DNA of 64,000 nucleotides from an uncultured Actinomycetota bacterium (GCA_963785455.1 CAWAVL010000014.1:145444-209443), one strand, 5' to 3'; positions 9,623 to 19,972 are shown, counted from the stretch's first letter. Notes: generated by a model from the sequence alone, not told the origin. Numbers and translations: made by a program.

Positions 9623-10348
9623 ATGAGTGTCCGAACTGCGCGTCACGACCGGCGCTGGGCGATTGCGACCGCCTGTGCAGGGGCGCTGCTGCTGGCAGGC
9701 TGCGCCGGTTCCGGCGACAGCGCATCACCGGCCGGCTCGACCACAGCCCCGGTGGTCGCGTCCAGCCCGGCACCATCCACAGCATCAGCCACCAGCTCAC
9801 GCGTCATCTCAGCCGCCAGCTCGGCGGCGGAAGAGCAGCCGGTGACGATTGCGGACACCTGGGTCAAGGCCACCGCGGGCACCGAAGACCCCTCCATGAC
9901 AGCGGCATTCGGCGTGCTGGCCAACCACACCGACAAGGACCTGACGATCGTCTCGGCGACGAACGACGTCACCGACCGCACCGAGCTGCACGAGATGGCA
10001 ATGGTCGACGGCGCCATGGTGATGAGACCGGTCGCCGGTGGCATCGCGATTCCCGCGAACGGCACCACGACGCTGGAACCGGGCGGCCCGCACGTGATGA
10101 TCATGGACGCGAAAGCCCCGATCGCCCCCGGGGATGATGTCCACGTGACTCTGACCCTGAGCGATGGCTCGACCATGTTGTTCCACGCGACTGCCAAGGA
10201 GTTCGCCGGCGCGAACGAGGCCTATGGCGGCGGGACGTCCAGTGCGATGGACCTGAGCTCAACGGGCATGGACATGGGATCGAGCACCGTCGCGAGCAGC
10301 CACCACGACGACGACCACGACACGGAGGCCCCGCATACCCATGGGTGA
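9623..10348 (+). CDS. copper chaperone PCu(A)C family lipoprotein with His-rich tail
   Basis: Lipobox LLAGC; TELHEM...MVM...LEPGGPHVMIM copper-binding motif; C-terminal HHDDDHDTEAPHTHG; GGGAG RBS. Confidence 0.9.
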   Translation: MSVRTARHDRRWAIATACAGALLLAGCAGSGDSASPAGSTTAPVVASSPAPSTASATSSRVISAASSAAEEQPVTIADTWVKATAGTEDPSMTAAFGVLANHTDKDLTIVSATNDVTDRTELHEMAMVDGAMVMRPVAGGIAIPANGTTTLEPGGPHVMIMDAKAPIAPGDDVHVTLTLSDGSTMLFHATAKEFAGANEAYGGGTSSAMDLSSTGMDMGSSTVASSHHDDDHDTEAPHTHG

Positions 10349-11621
10349 GTTGCCCGCCGAATCCCCCCGCCGGTACAGCAGGCGACGGCTGCTGGTGACC
10401 GGCGCGGCTGCCGCCGCCGGCGGTGCAGCAACCGTGGCAGTAGGCGGCCGTGCAGTGCTCGCGAATGCCGAAACGACCGCACCTGAGCCGGCGAATCCGG
10501 CCGCCCCAGGGCCGGCGGCAGATGGTTCGGCCGTCGCGACCGATGCGGTTGGATCGGCGGTCGTCCCGTTCCACGGTCCGCACCAGGCAGGCGTCGGCAC
10601 GCCGGCGCAGGCGTTTGCGACATTCTCCGCCTTCGAGCTGCGCGAGGGGGTCGACGCCAGCCGGCTGGCGAAGTTGCTGAAGATCCTGACCGATGATCTG
10701 GAGCGGATCACGGCCGGTCGTCCGGCGCTGGGTGACACCGCACCGGAATTGGCCTCGAGCCCCGCGCGACTGACGGTGACCATTGGGTTCGGCCCGGCGT
10801 TGTTCGACAAGGTAGGGCGGGCAGCAGCCCGGCCCGCCGGGTTCGCCGACCTACCGGCGTTCCCGGAGATCGACCGGCTGGAATCGCGTTACAACGGAGG
10901 TGATCTGCTCCTGCAGATCGGTGCAGACGACCCCATCACGGTCGCGCACGCGCAACGGATGCTGCTCAAGGACACCCGCGCCTTCGCCACGACCCGGTGG
11001 GTCCAGCGGGGATTTCTGCGTGCCCGCGGGAGCGGGGCGGAAGGGTCGACGCCGCGGAACGTGATGGGCCAGGTCGACGGCACCGTCAACCCGAGGACCG
11101 ACGCCGAGTTGGCATCCGTGGTCTGGCATCCCGGGCCAGGGTGGTTCACCGGCGGCACCATGATGGTGCTCCGCCGCATCCGGATGGACATGAACCGCTG
11201 GGATGAACTCGACAGGTCCGCGATGGAAACCACCGTCGGTCGGCGACTGTCCAACGGGGCACCACTGACCGGGGTCGACGAACACGACCAACCCGACCTG
11301 ACGGCCACCGACGCCACCGGACTGCTGGCCATCGCCGACTTCGCGCATATCCGGCTGGCCCGCGGCGATGGGCCTGCGCCGCAGATCCTGCGCCGCCCCT
11401 ACAACTACGACGAATCCCCCGGCGCCGACGGGGACAGCGACCTCGGACAGATCTTCTGCTCCTACCAGGCAAGTATCGAGAAACAGTTCACCGCTATGCA
11501 GCAGCGACTGGCCGGCGGGGACCTGCTCAACCAGTGGATCACCCCCATCGGATCGGCGGTCTTCGCGATCCCACCCGGTTGCGAACCCGGCGGGTACATC
11601 GGTGAGGGCCTCCTCTCATGA
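10341..11621 (+). CDS. Tat-exported Dyp-type heme peroxidase (DtpA/EfeB-like)
   Basis: SRRRLL Tat motif, GQVDGTVNP (GxxDG), HIRLA and ILRRPYNY DyP motifs. Confidence 0.92.
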   Translation: MGELPAESPRRYSRRRLLVTGAAAAAGGAATVAVGGRAVLANAETTAPEPANPAAPGPAADGSAVATDAVGSAVVPFHGPHQAGVGTPAQAFATFSAFELREGVDASRLAKLLKILTDDLERITAGRPALGDTAPELASSPARLTVTIGFGPALFDKVGRAAARPAGFADLPAFPEIDRLESRYNGGDLLLQIGADDPITVAHAQRMLLKDTRAFATTRWVQRGFLRARGSGAEGSTPRNVMGQVDGTVNPRTDAELASVVWHPGPGWFTGGTMMVLRRIRMDMNRWDELDRSAMETTVGRRLSNGAPLTGVDEHDQPDLTATDATGLLAIADFAHIRLARGDGPAPQILRRPYNYDESPGADGDSDLGQIFCSYQASIEKQFTAMQQRLAGGDLLNQWITPIGSAVFAIPPGCEPGGYIGEGLLS

Positions 11622-12355
11622 GCCATTCACCCAAGGGCGCTGCGCCCGGACCGCAAGCGGCACAGGGCTCTGTGCGGCGGTCCGCGATGGTTGTGGTGCT
11701 GATGGCTGTGTTGGCCGCGGTCTTCACCGCAGCAGCGCCGGCCGCGTCGGCGCACAACGCGCTGGTCTCCAGCAACCCCGCCGCCGACAGCGTCCTGCCC
11801 CGGCCACCGGGCTCGATCGAGCTCGTCTTCGACCAGGACGTCACAGACTTCCAACCGAAAATCGCGATCAGCATCACCGGACACGACCCGATCGCAATCA
11901 CACCGGTGATCGACGGGCCGACAGCGACCGCCGACCTCTCCACGGTCGACCTGCCCGCGTGGAAAGCCGGTGACAGCCCGGTGTCCTGGCGAATCGGCTA
12001 CCGCGTCGTCTCCGCCGATGGGCACCCGGTCACCGGGCTGCTGAACTTCTCCGTCGGAGCCGGCGACGCAGCCACCATCAACGCCGCGCAGCCGGCGACG
12101 GCAGCCGCCCTGTCGGCCGATTCCGCTGTTCAGGGAGCTACGGAGAACGGGTCAGGACCGTGGTGGTGGGTCGTCGTCGTCGGCGTGTTGGTCATTGGCG
12201 GCGGCCTGGCGCTGAGATGGATGATCCGTCAACGTCGTCACTCGATCACCGACCGCGTCCGCTTTCGCGGCAGGGCCGCCCGCCCGGCGGCCGATCGGCA
12301 GCAGGTGCAACACGGCAACGATCACGGCCCCGACGGTCACCCCCAGCACGGCTGA
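11618..12355 (+). CDS. copC: CopC copper-binding protein with C-terminal membrane anchor
   Basis: Signal peptide then mature N-terminal His (ASA-HNALVSSNP) and YRVVSADGHP motif; ATGA overlap with the DyP stop. Confidence 0.88.
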   Translation: MSHSPKGAAPGPQAAQGSVRRSAMVVVLMAVLAAVFTAAAPAASAHNALVSSNPAADSVLPRPPGSIELVFDQDVTDFQPKIAISITGHDPIAITPVIDGPTATADLSTVDLPAWKAGDSPVSWRIGYRVVSADGHPVTGLLNFSVGAGDAATINAAQPATAAALSADSAVQGATENGSGPWWWVVVVGVLVIGGGLALRWMIRQRRHSITDRVRFRGRAARPAADRQQVQHGNDHGPDGHPQHG

Positions 12356-13219
12356 GAAGAACGTGTTGGTCAGCCATCCGAGGGCGGGGCCGAGGCTGCC
12401 GGTGGCGTCATGGACTGCAATCTCGAGGTGATGAACCCAGTCGTACGGCGCGTGCAGGCCCAGCTCGTCGGCGCCGACCAGCAGGATGTGACCGCCCACC
12501 CAGAGCATCGCCACCACGCCGACCCAGGACAGCGTCGACAGGACGACCGGCATGGCCTTGACCAGTCCGCGACCGAGCCGGGACACGGCTCGTCCCTGCC
12601 GCTGGGCGAGCGCGAGCCCGGCGTCGTCCATCTTCACGATGAGCCCCACCACGCCGTACACCAGCGCGGTGATCAGTACGGCGACGACGGCGAGGATGAC
12701 GGCCCGGGCGACCAGACCCTCGTCCGCCACCTCGTTGAGGGCAATCACCATGATCTCCGCGGACAGGATGAAGTCGGTCCGCGTCGCGGCCGCCACCACG
12801 CTCTTCTCGTGGTCTGCGACGTTCGTCTTGGCGACCTGATCCGATTCCTGGCCGTTCTGCTCGTGCCCGGAGAACTTCTCCCACAGCTTCTCCGCACCCT
12901 CGTAACACAGGTAGGCGCCGCCGACCATGAGGATCGGCGTCAGCAGGAACGGCGCGAACTGGCTGAGGATCAGCGCCACCGGGAGGATGATCAAGAGTTT
13001 GTTGCGCAGCGACCCTTTGGCGATGCGCCAGATGATCGACAGCTCACGCTGCGGCTGTAGTCCCTGCACGTACCGCGGGGTCACCGCAGTGTCGTCGACC
13101 ACCACCCCGGCGGCCTTGACGCTGGCCCGACCGGCGCCGGCCGCGATGTCGTCCAGCGACGCGGCGCTGAGCTTGACCATCGCCGCGACGTCGTCCAGCA
13201 GGGCGAACAAACCACTCAT
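12152..13219 (-). CDS. DUF808 (YedI-like) inner membrane protein
   Basis: MSGLFALLDDVAA...KAAGVVVDDTAVTP, RTDFILSAEIM, MLWVGGHI family motifs. Confidence 0.9.
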   Translation of the reverse strand: MSGLFALLDDVAAMVKLSAASLDDIAAGAGRASVKAAGVVVDDTAVTPRYVQGLQPQRELSIIWRIAKGSLRNKLLIILPVALILSQFAPFLLTPILMVGGAYLCYEGAEKLWEKFSGHEQNGQESDQVAKTNVADHEKSVVAAATRTDFILSAEIMVIALNEVADEGLVARAVILAVVAVLITALVYGVVGLIVKMDDAGLALAQRQGRAVSRLGRGLVKAMPVVLSTLSWVGVVAMLWVGGHILLVGADELGLHAPYDWVHHLEIAVHDATGSLGPALGWLTNTFFSAVLGVTVGAVIVAVLHLLPIGRRAGGPAAKADAVGDRVTTLTDHPSQRQAAANDQHADDDDPPPRS

Positions 13220-13328
13220 GTCCCCATCGTGGCATTCCTGTGGCGCGGCGGTGCACCAACCGACGACGAACGGGGCACTCGGCTGGCCGAATGCCCCGTT
13301 CACGTTGTCCACCGTCAAGCGGTCCTCG

Positions 13329-14183
13329 TCAGGCCGTCGTCAGAAAGCCGTCGATCCAGTCCTGTGCCACCGGGATGTCGACCCGCTGGTAGCCGCCGAG
13401 GTACCGGCAATTGCTGGTGTATCCGTAACTGGTGACGGCCACCAGGTTGCCGTTCAGGAAGACGGGGCCGCCGGAGTCACCGAAACAGGTCCCACCGCCA
13501 CCGCGAGTATCGTTGAAATTGCCGTTGAGCTGGAGGATCTGCGCCGTCAGTTTCTGCCCCGGCGAAGTGGTGTACCGACGGATCAGCGGGTAGCTCATCG
13601 GCTGTGGCTTCTGCGGACCGGATTCCGGCTTCCGCACCTCCGTGCCATAGCCCACCACCTCGAAGATCGTCTTGTTCAGCCGTGGCTGGCCGTACTGGTC
13701 GAGGTAGTTCTCCGGTGCAAGGGTCGCCGGCTGGATGTCGGTCACGGGTTGATCCAGAACGACCACGCCTACATCGTTCCAATTCGCCAGGTCGGTGAAA
13801 TCCGAGTAGTCGGGATGCGTGTACGCCGTGCCGGACAGATAGCCGGCCGCGGTGATCTCCGCCTCGGTATAGCCCGCCGTGGGGTCGGCCGACGTCGGGA
13901 ACGGCGACGGCGGATTCTCCGCGATGACCGAATCGAAGCTGACGAGCGTCTTGCCCAGCGTGCCGTCGGTGCAATGCGCCGCGGTGATCAGCACCGTCGG
14001 GGAGATCAGGGTCGCCGAGCAACGGAACCGGCCGTCCGGGTCGTAGAACAGGATCAGTCCGACGTTTGGGTGCCGGTTGTCGTCCGGTTCGCCGCCGGTG
14101 ATCGCGTCGGCGGGGACGGCCCACAGCGTGCTCACCAGCAGGATCGAGAGAAGGACCGCGCCGCACCTGCGGAACATGCGCAT
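13329..14183 (-). CDS. secreted trypsin-like (S1) serine protease
   Basis: Signal peptide, mature ITGG start, TAAHC, DVGV, GDSGGP catalytic triad motifs. Confidence 0.92.
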   Translation of the reverse strand: MRMFRRCGAVLLSILLVSTLWAVPADAITGGEPDDNRHPNVGLILFYDPDGRFRCSATLISPTVLITAAHCTDGTLGKTLVSFDSVIAENPPSPFPTSADPTAGYTEAEITAAGYLSGTAYTHPDYSDFTDLANWNDVGVVVLDQPVTDIQPATLAPENYLDQYGQPRLNKTIFEVVGYGTEVRKPESGPQKPQPMSYPLIRRYTTSPGQKLTAQILQLNGNFNDTRGGGGTCFGDSGGPVFLNGNLVAVTSYGYTSNCRYLGGYQRVDIPVAQDWIDGFLTTA

Positions 14184-14367
14184 ACTGCCTCCAGAAGAGA
14201 GAAGTGAACTGCGGTTCGCGGAACCTAGCACCTCATCCGCCCGCGCTGACCGGGCACCCGCGCTGACCTCATTGGTCAGCACCGACGGTCGCCGGGTGGC
14301 CGCGGCGCCCCGGGTCTAGGGTCGGACGGGCACGGGTAATCCCACGAAACAGCGGGAGGAGCTGGGC

Positions 14368-17300
14368 GTGCAGCTGTCCAACGGATCGCCGAACGGTGAC
14401 GGCTCGGGCCGGTCGCTGCGCAGTGCCCTCGGCGAGTCGACACTGTTGGGCTGGCCGGTGCTCCGGCAGTTCCTCGGCCGCGACTCGACCGGCCGCGGCT
14501 CCGCGGTGACCTCGGCCCGGACCCAGGCCCTCACTCCCCGCACCAGCACCGCGGACCGCGTCGTGCAGAGCGTCTGCCCGTATTGCGCGGTCGGGTGCGG
14601 CCAGCGGGTCTTCGTCAAGGACGAGAAGGTCATCCAGATCGAGGGTGATCCGGACTCGCCGGTATCGCGAGGTCGGCTGTGCCCCAAGGGGTCGGCCAGC
14701 GAGCAACTGGTGAACAGTCCGAAACGGCAGACAACGGTGCTGTACCGGCGTCCGTACCGCAGCGAATGGGAGCCGCTGGATCTGGAAACCGCGACCGACA
14801 TGATCGCCGACCGGATGGTCGACACGCGGAACAGAACATGGCAGGACACCGACGACCAGGGTCGAAAGCTCAACCGCACCATGGGCATCGCGGGCCTGGG
14901 CGGCGCGACGCTGGACAACGAAGAGAACTACCTGATCAAGAAGTTGTTCACCGCTGTCGGTGCCGTGCAGATCGAGAATCAGGCCCGTATTTGACACAGC
15001 GCCACCGTCCCCAGTTTGGGGGCTTCGTTCGGACGTGGCGGGGCCACGGGTTTCCTGCAGGATCTGCAGCACGCTGACTGCATCGTCATTCAGGGTTCGA
15101 ACATGGCCGAGTGCCACCCTGTCGGCTTCCAGTGGGTGATGGCCGCCAAGGAGCGCGGCGCGACGATCATCCACGTGGACCCACGTTTCACCCGGACGTC
15201 GGCCGTTTCGGACATGCACGTACCGCTGCGCGCGGGCAGCGACATCGTCTTCCTCGGTGCCATCGTGAATTACCTGCTGTCCACCGAGAGCTATTTTCAC
15301 GACTACGTTCTGGCCTACACCAACGCGTCGACGATCCTGCGCGACGATTTCCGGGACGTCGACGACCTGAACGGTGTCTTCTCCGGGTACGACCCGGAGA
15401 CCGGCACCTACGACACCGCGACATGGAGCTATCAGGGCACCGAGCCGGAGACGTCGGCCTCCGCCGGTGAAGAGGAGACGCTGAAGAACTCGGCCGCCGA
15501 CGGGTCCGGTGGTCAGGACGGCGGTTCGGAGGCCGAGCTCGCCGACAGCGGTCCGGCCGGTGGCGCGGATCGGGACGACTCCGGTGACGCCGACGAGAGC
15601 GAGCATTCCCGGAAGCAGCGTGGTGCCGGTCATGAACTCGGTGGGCACGGTGCCAACATGGGTTTCCACGACATCCCACGGGATCCGACGCTGCAGCATC
15701 CGCGATGTGTGTTCCAGGTACTCAAGCGGCACTACGCCCGGTACACGCCCGAAATGGTGCAACAGGCCTGCGGAGTGCCGCCCGAGCAGTTCCGGAAGGT
15801 CTGCGAGGCGGTGACGAAGAACAGCGGGCGGGAGCGCACCACCGCGTGGGTGTACTCGGTCGGCTGGACGCATCACACCGTCGGCATCCAGTACATTCGC
15901 GGGGCGGCGATCATCCAGCTGCTGCTGGGCAACATGGGCCGGCCGGGCGGCGGCATCATGGCCTTGCGCGGGCACGCCAGCATTCAGGGCTCGACGGACA
16001 TCCCGACTCTGTTCAACCTGCTGCCGGGCTATTTGCCGATGCCGATGGCGCAGACCCACGAAAATCTGCAGGACTACCTGGCGACCATTGCCTCACCCCA
16101 TCAAAAGGGTTTCTGGACGGCCGCCGACGCCTATACCACCAGCCTGCTCAAGGCCTACTGGGGTGACGCGGCCACCGCTGAGAACGACTACGCCTTCGAC
16201 TATCTGCCCAAACTGACCGGTGACCACGGCACCTACCAGACCGTGATGGACATGCTCGACGACAAGGTCGAGGGATACTTCGTGCTGGGCCAGAATCCCG
16301 CGGTGGGTTCGGCGCACGGAAAAATGCAGCGGCTTGGCATGTCCCACCTGAAATGGCTGGTGGTGCGCGATCTCAACCTCATCGAATCGGCGACGTTCTG
16401 GAGAGACGGCCCCGAGATCGAGACCGGGGAACTGAAGACAGCAGAGATCGGGACGGAGGTGTTCTTCTTCCCGGCGGCGTCGCACGTGGAGAAGGCGGGC
16501 ACGTTCACCCAGACCCACCGCATGCTGCAATGGCGGCACAAGGCCGTCGAGCCGCCGGGCGACTGCCAGAGCGAATTGCAGTTCTTCTACACGCTCGGCC
16601 GCAAGATCCGGCAACGACTGGCCGATTCCACGCAGGAGCGTGACCGGCCCGTCCTCGACCTCACCTGGGACTACCCGGTCGACGAGCACGGTGAGCCGTC
16701 GGGCGATGCGGTGCTCAGAGAGATCAACGGCTACCACCTGACCGGTGAGAAGGCCGGCCGGCTCCTCAGCTCGTACACGGAGATGAAGGCGGACGGGTCG
16801 ACGTCGGGGGGTTGCTGGATCTACTCCGGGGTGTACGCGGACGGGGTCAATCAGGCGGACCGGCGCAAGCCCGGCAAGGACCAGAACTGGGTGGCCGGCG
16901 AGTGGGGTTGGGCCTGGCCGGCCAACCGGCGCATCCTCTACAACCGCGCGTCGGCCGATCCGGAGGGCCGCCCGTGGAGCGAGCGCAAGGCCTACGTCTG
17001 GTGGGATTCGGACGCGAAGAAATGGACCGGGCACGACATTCCCGATTTCGTCGCCGACAAGGACCCGCTGTACCGGCCGCCACCTGGGGCCGGCGGCCCG
17101 GACGGACTCGCCGGTGACGACCCGTTCATCATGCAGGCGGACGGCAAGGGCTGGCTCTACGCGCCGACCGGGTTGATGGACGGCCCGCTCCCGTCGCACT
17201 ACGAGCCCCAGGAATCCCCCGTCATCAACCCGCTGTACGCCCAGCAGGCTAACCCGACCCGACAGGTGTTCCGCCGCAAGGACAATCTGCAGAACCCGTC

Positions 17301-17907
17301 CGCCGACGAGAAGGGCGGCGACATCTTCCCGTATGTCTTCACCACCTACCGGCTCACCGAGCACCACACCGCGGGCGGGATGAGCCGCTGGATCCCGTAC
17401 CTGTCGGAACTGCAACCGGAGTTCTTCTGCGAGATCTCCCCGGAACTGGCCGCAGAGCGGAAACTCGAACACCTGGGCTGGGCGACCATCGTCACTGCAC
17501 GGACGGCGATCGAGGCCAGGGTGCTGGTCACCGACCGGGTGGTGCCGCTGCGGGCCGGCGGCAAGATCATCCACCAGGTGGGGTTGCCGTACCACTGGGG
17601 CGTCGGCAAGGAGGCGTTGGTGTCCGGTGACGCCGCCAACGACCTGTTCGGCGTCACCCTCGACCCGAACGTGCACATCCAGGAGTCGAAGGTCGCGTCG
17701 TGCGACATCCAACCCGGCCGGCGCCCCAAGGGTCCCGCTCTGCTGGAGTATGTCGAGGAGTACCGGCGGCGCGCCGGTATCACCGTCTTCACCGGCAACG
17801 AGCTGCGGACCGGTGACCCGGGCTCGGGCGGCGCCGCGGCACTGATGGACGAACTGGCGCAGCAGCACGCCGCGCACCCGGATCGTTCGATGGGAGGCGG
17901 GCCATGA
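14368..17907 (+). CDS. selenocysteine-containing formate dehydrogenase alpha subunit (Mo/W-bisPGD); UGA 14992-14994 = Sec
   Basis: ORFs 14368..14994 and 15016..17907 are in one frame; CPYCAVGCG 4Fe-4S motif; ENQARI-U-HSATV matches the FdnG/FdhF catalytic Sec/Cys site; LRGHASIQG and TYRLTEHH motifs. Confidence 0.93.
15007..15023 (+). promoter_or_regulatory. SECIS hairpin of fdh alpha
   Basis: 12 nt after the UGA, GTCCCC-AGTTT-GGGGGC forms a 17-nt hairpin with GU in the apical loop; outer pairing GCCAC/GTGGC also possible. Confidence 0.7.
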
Positions 17908-18920
17908 GCTCACTGCTCGGACCGAAGGACCCCGCACCGGGCGCCGGTTGGGAGGACCCGCCGCCGCGGAAGGGCTTCTTCACCGACACGTCGCTCTGCA
18001 TCGGGTGCAAGGCCTGCGAGGTCGCCTGCAAGGAGTGGAACGGTGTACCCGAGGACGGGCTGAACTTCCTCGGCTCGTCGTACGACAACACCGGCGCCCT
18101 GGGTGCCAGCACCTGGCGGCACGTGGCGTTCGTCGAGCAACCCCGGCGGTTGGGGCGTCAGGACATCAACCTGCCGCTGTACCCGGTGGGACCGTCGGTC
18201 TCCGACGCGGCGGGCAAGCCGGGGCCCGATACGGTCGCCGTCGACCTCGGCATGCCCTCTTTCGATCTGCCGGGTGCGACCGCGGATCCGGAGTCGCGCA
18301 CGGACTTCCGTTGGCTGATGTCGTCCGATGTCTGCAAGCACTGCACGCATGCGGCGTGCCTGGACGTGTGCCCGACAGGGTCGCTGTTCCGCACCGAGTT
18401 CGGCACCGTGGTGGTACAGGACGACATCTGCAACGGCTGCGGCTACTGCGTGCCCGCCTGCCCGTTCGGCGTCATCGACCGTCGTATCGGTGACAAGAAC
18501 ACGAAGAACGTCGGCATCGCGCAGAAATGCACCCTGTGCTACGACCGGATCGGGCACGGCCAGACGCCCGCCTGCGCGCAGGCCTGCCCGACCGAGTCCA
18601 TCCAGTTCGGTGACGTCGACGAGCTGCGGGAACGGGCTGCGGCGAGGCTGGCGACACTTCACGAGAACGGCGTGCCCGAGGCCAGGCTGTACGGGGAGAA
18701 CCCGAACGACGGTATCGGCGGTGCGGGTGCGTTCTTCCTGCTGCTCGACGAACCGGAGGTGTACGGCCTGCCGCCGGACCCGGTAGTGACCACCGCGCAC
18801 ATCCGGGAGATGTGGCACATGGCCGTCGGGGCGGCGTTCACCCTCCTGGCCGGTTCCGCGCTGACCTTCTTCCGCAGGCCCAAGCTGGTGCCGCGCAACA
18901 AGATCGGCCGACGCCGGTGA
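17904..18920 (+). CDS. formate dehydrogenase iron-sulfur (beta) subunit
   Basis: CIGCKACEVAC, CKHCTHAACLDVCP, CNGCGYCVPACP, KCTLC...PACAQACP; C-terminal TM; ATGA coupling to alpha. Confidence 0.93.
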   Translation: MSSLLGPKDPAPGAGWEDPPPRKGFFTDTSLCIGCKACEVACKEWNGVPEDGLNFLGSSYDNTGALGASTWRHVAFVEQPRRLGRQDINLPLYPVGPSVSDAAGKPGPDTVAVDLGMPSFDLPGATADPESRTDFRWLMSSDVCKHCTHAACLDVCPTGSLFRTEFGTVVVQDDICNGCGYCVPACPFGVIDRRIGDKNTKNVGIAQKCTLCYDRIGHGQTPACAQACPTESIQFGDVDELRERAAARLATLHENGVPEARLYGENPNDGIGGAGAFFLLLDEPEVYGLPPDPVVTTAHIREMWHMAVGAAFTLLAGSALTFFRRPKLVPRNKIGRRR

Positions 18921-19972
18921 CCACCCCGGCAACGCGCAGCAGGGGTCGGGGTGGGCACGGTTCCGGCAAGCGCCGGGGGCGGGGCGAGGAACCCGTCGTT
19001 CCGGACGCGCACTTCACGTCGTACTACGGCCGGCCGATTCTCAAGGCGTCGCCGTGGGAGGCGGACATCCCCGCCTACCTGTTCATGGGGGGTGTCGCCG
19101 CCGGTTCCTCCCTGCTGGCCGCGGGCGCCGAACTCACCGGCCGGCCGTCGCTGCGGCGCACCGGGCGGGTGGGCGCGGTGGTGGCCGTCACCGGCAGCCT
19201 GATCGCATTGGTCCACGACCTGGGCCGCCCGGCCAGGTTCGTCAACATGCTGCGCGTCGCCAAGCGCACATCGCCCATGTCGGTGGGCACCTGGATCCTC
19301 GCCCTCTACGGTCCGTTCGCCGGGCTGGCCGCCGCGACGGAGTTCCGCCACCTCGTCCCTCGCCGGTTCGGCCGGATCGCCGCGGTGCTCGACCTCGTCG
19401 ATCGGCCCATCGGGGTGATCGCCGCACTCACCGCTCCCCCGGTCGCCTCCTACACCGCGGTGCTGCTCGCAGGCACCGCGACGCCGACCTGGCACGAGTC
19501 TCGGCGGCAGCTGCCGTTCGTGTTCGTCGGATCGGCCGCCGCCGCCGCCGGGGGGCTCGGCATGATCGGTGCCCGGGTGGCCGAGGCCGGACCTGCCCGC
19601 CGGCTGGCGGTCGCCGGCGTCGGCCTGGAACTGGCTGCGGCGCACCGGATGGAGACCAGGATCGGCATCGCCGCGGAGCCGCTGCGCACCGGCAAGGGCG
19701 GTCACCTGATGAAGGCCGCGAGGCTGCTGACGACCCTGGGCGGTGTGGGCGCGCTGCTCTCCGGACGCAGCCGCACACTCTCCGTGCTGTCCGGGGCCGC
19801 GTTGATGGCCGGCTCCGCGTGCACCCGCTTCGGCATCTTCGAGGCCGGCCAGGAATCGGCGCGCGACCCGAAGTACACCGTCCTGCCGCAGCGGGAGCGG
19901 GTGGAGCACAACGAGCGGATGTCTACCGCACCTGCACCACGGCGGATCTTCGGGCGACCGTCTCACCGATGA
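18917..19972 (+). CDS. NrfD/PsrC-family membrane anchor subunit
   Basis: SYYGRPILK..PW..DIPAYLF, LVHDLGRPARFVNMLRV.K.TSPMSVG.W; GTGA overlap with the beta stop. Confidence 0.88.
   Translation: MTTPATRSRGRGGHGSGKRRGRGEEPVVPDAHFTSYYGRPILKASPWEADIPAYLFMGGVAAGSSLLAAGAELTGRPSLRRTGRVGAVVAVTGSLIALVHDLGRPARFVNMLRVAKRTSPMSVGTWILALYGPFAGLAAATEFRHLVPRRFGRIAAVLDLVDRPIGVIAALTAPPVASYTAVLLAGTATPTWHESRRQLPFVFVGSAAAAAGGLGMIGARVAEAGPARRLAVAGVGLELAAAHRMETRIGIAAEPLRTGKGGHLMKAARLLTTLGGVGALLSGRSRTLSVLSGAALMAGSACTRFGIFEAGQESARDPKYTVLPQRERVEHNERMSTAPAPRRIFGRPSHR

Noticed and set aside
14368-17907. Treating fdh alpha as two genes or a nonsense pseudogene
   Set aside because: The single UGA is in frame at the catalytic Sec position, has a SECIS, and the full sel machinery is adjacent.
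19923-19972. 50-nt convergent overlap of nrfD-like and selD 3' ends
   Set aside because: Short overlaps of this size are common in compact high-GC loci; no further signal.
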